A DNA stretch of 64,000 bases from NCBI RefSeq assembly GCF_038025025.1, contig NW_027117342.1, positions 496,001 through 560,000 of the forward strand. Direction: 5' to 3'. The translations under genes and the position numbers were made by a program. The notes under the pieces are model-generated. The model was not told where the DNA came from. It searched no databases and saw only the letters and a list, made by a program, of their open reading frames with translations. Positions 60,437 through 64,000 of this stretch are shown here, one piece after another. This DNA comes from Phyllosticta citribraziliensis. Its lineage: Eukaryota. Positions within the stretch are counted from its first letter, which is position 1, and each line of letters begins with the position of its first letter.

Positions 60437-63271
60437 ATGCGCACCCTGGCCACAAAGCCCCTTCGCCGGCCTCCATCCACTCGGCGATTACACACCCTCC
60501 CGTTGATTTCCATACATCATGCGCCCACCTTTTACCGTTCGGACCCGAACTCCACGCCATTCGCTGCTAATCCGCCACTCTACCCGCGCCTCGACTTTAC
60601 TCTCCCATCCGAACGTGGGCAGAATTGGGCCATACTCAGCCCTTCGTCGGTCGCCCGAAGTACCTTTCTCGACATCCTCCGCGGCAGACATTATTGTGTC
60701 CCTCCCAACGCCCGATCGTACCCGTACCTGGCCTCGGAAGAGCTGGCCTGGAAACGCCCCAAGAACAAGAGTTTGAGTCGCGCAATACAGTATGTCGGCA
60801 CCGACGCTGACAGGGGCGGGCTGGGGGGTACCAAAGGAGCCTACATGAGCGCAAGATATGAGAGCTTGCGCGAGCCCACGGACTGGAGCTTGCAAGACTA
60901 CCTCCTAGGCAAAACCCAACTCAATGCGTCAGAGGAGCTCACGGACCACCCATCACTCAAGCAGGTCCAGGCTGTACTGCATGATCTCCATCTGACGCAC
61001 TGCTCCCACCTCCCAGTGAGCAACCTGAGCAATGGCCAGACGCGACGCGCGCGAATTGCCAAGGCCATCCTCGCCCAGCCCGAGCTCCTCCTCATGGACA
61101 TGCCCTTTCAAGGCTTGGATCCCATTACTGTCAACACTGTATCCAGAGTCTTGTATCGACTTTCCAATTTGGGTGACACTCGAGTATTTCTTGCCTTGCA
61201 CCCACACGACTACATTCCCGACTGGGTTACCCACTTTGTCATAGCCGCAGATGAGCCCCGAGCAAGACTGATGGGCTCGAAAGAGCACACATTTGGAAAT
61301 TTGGCGGAACATTTCAAAAAGACCCAAGGGCTGCTGTACAACGTCAAGCCAGCATACGAAAAAATAAACAAGGCCAACGTGATGTTGAAAACCCATGAAT
61401 ACCTGCCTCAGTCGGTTGATGTGTCAGGCCAAAACGTCGACGACTCCATGGCCTTGCGTGAGATTGCTCGGGTGCTCGAAAGTAAGGGCGACATGGACTT
61501 TTTGGCACCAGAACCTCACGAGATAGAAACGGTTCGGAGTAGAAGACGCATGTTCCCCGAGCGCAATTCCGAAATCCACGTCACTCGCGACGGGATATTT
61601 TGCACCAGAGAGTCTAGCTTGGAGACGCCCCGCACCCGACGCGGCCTTCCGTTTCTCAGGAGGATCCCCACTGGAGATCCCGTCGTGGAGATGGAGGGCG
61701 TCCAGATTCGCTACAAGCCTGGAGAAGCCGCAGTCCTAGGAGACTGGACGGAGGAGGTGGTCACGAGTTATGAGGAAGGGGAGTCTGTCATGTTGGGACG
61801 TGACGACGTTGACTCTGCTGAGCGAAAAGGCCTGTGGTGGACCGTCCGCCAAGGCGAAAGATGGGGAGTGTTTGGGCCCAATGGTTCTGGCAAAACCACC
61901 CTCCTATCTCTCATCACATCTGACCATCCACAAACCTACTCTGCTCCCGTCAAACTCTTTGGCCGCTCACGCCTACCTTCACGTGGTGAACCAGGAATCA
62001 GCATCTTTGACATCCAAAAGCGCATCGGCGTCTCGTCCCCCGAAGTGCATGCATTCTTCCCCAAGCATCTCAGTTTGCGGCGCGTGTTGGAGTCTGCGTG
62101 GGCCGACACGCCTCTAACCAAGCCCAAGCTCACTGCCACAGACGACGATCGGGTCGATATTTGCCTACGATGGTTCCGAAAGGAGCTGAATCCAGCCCTC
62201 GGCGACGAAACCCTGGACCGCCTCGAGCGCTACCGCAACGACCGCACCACCACCTCAGACGACGAGGAAGCTCCATTCAAAATCAAAATGGTTGGTAAAA
62301 AAGGGGGCTCGACGTTGATAGCCAGATACCTGACGGTAGTCGAGACGCGCATGGACGACGAAAAGGTCGTGGGCGCCGAGTTGGACTGGGCGGATTCGAT
62401 GAAGTTTGGCGACCTTTCCTTTTCCGGGCAGCGCGTGGCCCTGTTCCTGCGCGCCATCATCAAGCGGCCGGACCTGGTGGTGCTGGACGAGGCCTTTTCC
62501 GGCATGGACGAGTTTGCGCGCGAAAAGTGCATGCTGTTCCTGCACCACGGCGAGCGCATGAGCCTGCGGTGGACCAACCTGTCGCGGCGGCCGCACCCGA
62601 GCGGGCCCAAGGCCATCGAGTCCGACCGCTCCGTCCTCAAGCGCGTCACCGTGTCGGGCCTGTCGGACCGCCAGGCGCTCATCGTCGTGGCGCACAAGCG
62701 CGAAGACGTGCCCAGCAGCGTCCGCAAGTACCTGACGCTGCCGGAGCCCGGCACGGGACAGCCACCCCTCGTCGGCGACCTGGCGGTGCCCCTGCGCACC
62801 GAGTACCGCCTGTGGCCGGCCATCTGGGGCGTCTCCAAGTTCGAGGACTTGCACGCCCCGCACGGCGCCGCCTTTGGCTGGAAGGGCTCGCCGTTTGAAA
62901 ACTACGCCGCCGGCTGCCAGGAGGAGATTTTCAGGCTGGCGCCCGAGCGCAGCAGGCGGTGGAAGCGCACAAAGCCTAAGCCGAAGGTTCCGGACGAGGA
63001 ACGCCGGCCGCGGGGCAGACCGCGCGTCAAGTCGGGCGTCGAGGAAGAGGTGCCGTCCGAGTTTGTCGACTTGGACGACTACATGGAGAGTTTGGAGCAC
63101 CAGCAGGAGCCGGCGTGGAAGAAGAGGAGGGAGGAGGCAAAGGCAACGGCGATGGACAAAGATAAGAATGAGGCGGAGGAGGACGAGGAGGATACGCATG
63201 AGGCGGAGAAGGAGGACGAGGAGGATACGCATGAGAAACAGGAGAGCAAAGATGAAAAGACGCAAGACTAG
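60437..63271 (+). CDS. Soluble twin-domain ABC ATPase (ModF-like), no transmembrane domain
   Basis: Domain 1 has a degenerate Walker A, LSNGQ and LLLMD. Domain 2 has GPNGSGKTT, LSFSGQR and VVLDE. The Arg-rich N-terminus resembles a mitochondrial presequence; the tail is acidic. The start is placed at ATG 60437 within ORF 60293-63271. Confidence 0.85.
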   Translation: MRTLATKPLRRPPSTRRLHTLPLISIHHAPTFYRSDPNSTPFAANPPLYPRLDFTLPSERGQNWAILSPSSVARSTFLDILRGRHYCVPPNARSYPYLASEELAWKRPKNKSLSRAIQYVGTDADRGGLGGTKGAYMSARYESLREPTDWSLQDYLLGKTQLNASEELTDHPSLKQVQAVLHDLHLTHCSHLPVSNLSNGQTRRARIAKAILAQPELLLMDMPFQGLDPITVNTVSRVLYRLSNLGDTRVFLALHPHDYIPDWVTHFVIAADEPRARLMGSKEHTFGNLAEHFKKTQGLLYNVKPAYEKINKANVMLKTHEYLPQSVDVSGQNVDDSMALREIARVLESKGDMDFLAPEPHEIETVRSRRRMFPERNSEIHVTRDGIFCTRESSLETPRTRRGLPFLRRIPTGDPVVEMEGVQIRYKPGEAAVLGDWTEEVVTSYEEGESVMLGRDDVDSAERKGLWWTVRQGERWGVFGPNGSGKTTLLSLITSDHPQTYSAPVKLFGRSRLPSRGEPGISIFDIQKRIGVSSPEVHAFFPKHLSLRRVLESAWADTPLTKPKLTATDDDRVDICLRWFRKELNPALGDETLDRLERYRNDRTTTSDDEEAPFKIKMVGKKGGSTLIARYLTVVETRMDDEKVVGAELDWADSMKFGDLSFSGQRVALFLRAIIKRPDLVVLDEAFSGMDEFAREKCMLFLHHGERMSLRWTNLSRRPHPSGPKAIESDRSVLKRVTVSGLSDRQALIVVAHKREDVPSSVRKYLTLPEPGTGQPPLVGDLAVPLRTEYRLWPAIWGVSKFEDLHAPHGAAFGWKGSPFENYAAGCQEEIFRLAPERSRRWKRTKPKPKVPDEERRPRGRPRVKSGVEEEVPSEFVDLDDYMESLEHQQEPAWKKRREEAKATAMDKDKNEAEEDEEDTHEAEKEDEEDTHEKQESKDEKTQD

Positions 63272-64000
63272 ATTTGTATGACCACCCACTCCAATCAAAC
63301 GAACGAATAGTCCAAATCGAGTTGCAACGTGCTGAATCACCCTACCCGAGCAAAGAGACTAAAGAGAAATAACCAAGGTCGTGCTGCCGACCGACTGCTG
63401 TGCGCAGCTCCTCTGCAAAAGAAATGCCCGCCACTGCTCGCAAACCAGAAACTGATGGAAGATGTCCACCCACTCATCCAAAATTGACTCACTGTTTGTC
63501 CCTCTCCGTGTGAGTCCGCAACCATTTTTCGGCTGTCCGTTCAGTAAAGCAGAAGCAGAAGCAAAAGGAAAAGGGAAAGGAAAGGCAAATCAAAAAAAGG
63601 TAGAGCAGTAAAGCAGAGCAAAGCAAAGCAAATGCAAGAAAGTGAGAAATGAAAAAGCCACTGCAGTGCAAAGAGCGTCGTAGCTGGCCGCTGGCCGCTG
63701 GCTCTTGTACGCAGCAACGGTAGCAGCAGTATCAAGTGGGTCGTAAAACGCACCCCACCGCCGTAGGTAGATTTGCACCGTCGTCGTCGCTGGGTGCAGT
63801 GTGTGCAATGGTTGATGTGCCGGTTCTGCTGTATGTACTGCGACTCAAGACCAAAGCCAGCCGAAAATGCCCTTGGTGTTGCCGTTGCTGTTGTTGGCGG
63901 CCGACGCGTGCGCTGCGTTCGCTTTGGCGGCAAGCTGCATCTGATGGTCTTGCTCGTCGTTGCCATCGTACGTGTGCATTGCGTTGTGGCCGTGGTCGGG

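Noticed and set aside
63545..63635. AAGCAG/AAAGC low-complexity tract and the hydrophobic ORFs on its minus strand
   Set aside because: Simple-sequence composition explains the Phe/Leu/Cys-rich translations; it is likely UTR or intergenic.

Overview
This window is gene-dense DNA from a filamentous ascomycete (Pezizomycotina). Most genes carry short (about 45-60 nt) GT-AG introns with CTRAC branch points. The flanks hold recognisable genes. On the left are a MATE transporter, RIO2, RPN1 (with a GC-AG last intron), an omega-class GST, an intron-containing tRNA-Gly(TCC), an aldehyde dehydrogenase, xlnR, a PTH11-like protein and a flavin monooxygenase. On the right are an NCS1 permease paired head-to-head with a XanA-like dioxygenase, an APH-like kinase, an MFS permease, an S28 peptidase, a second PTH11-like protein, a GH15 glucoamylase and a ModF-like ABC ATPase. 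The standout is a ~17 kb block (about 27.9-44.5 kb) in which I recognise no conserved gene. It carries five highly diverged paralogues of one protein family in alternating orientation. All five share a phase-1 intron splitting the same Phe codon and an ordered motif set (LQxLFxAsP; WxxFFDxxFGP; LPxYLTI; RWVGGxY; FDWxD; GxSxxGxW; MxFRR). I infer this set resembles a catalytically dead ubiquitin-specific-protease (peptidase C19) fold. The copies are interleaved with small coiled-coil genes and nonsense-disrupted pseudogenes. A duplicated box C/D snoRNA-like element lies at 9.1-10.0 kb. All calls come from manual reading of the sequence; no database searches were run.
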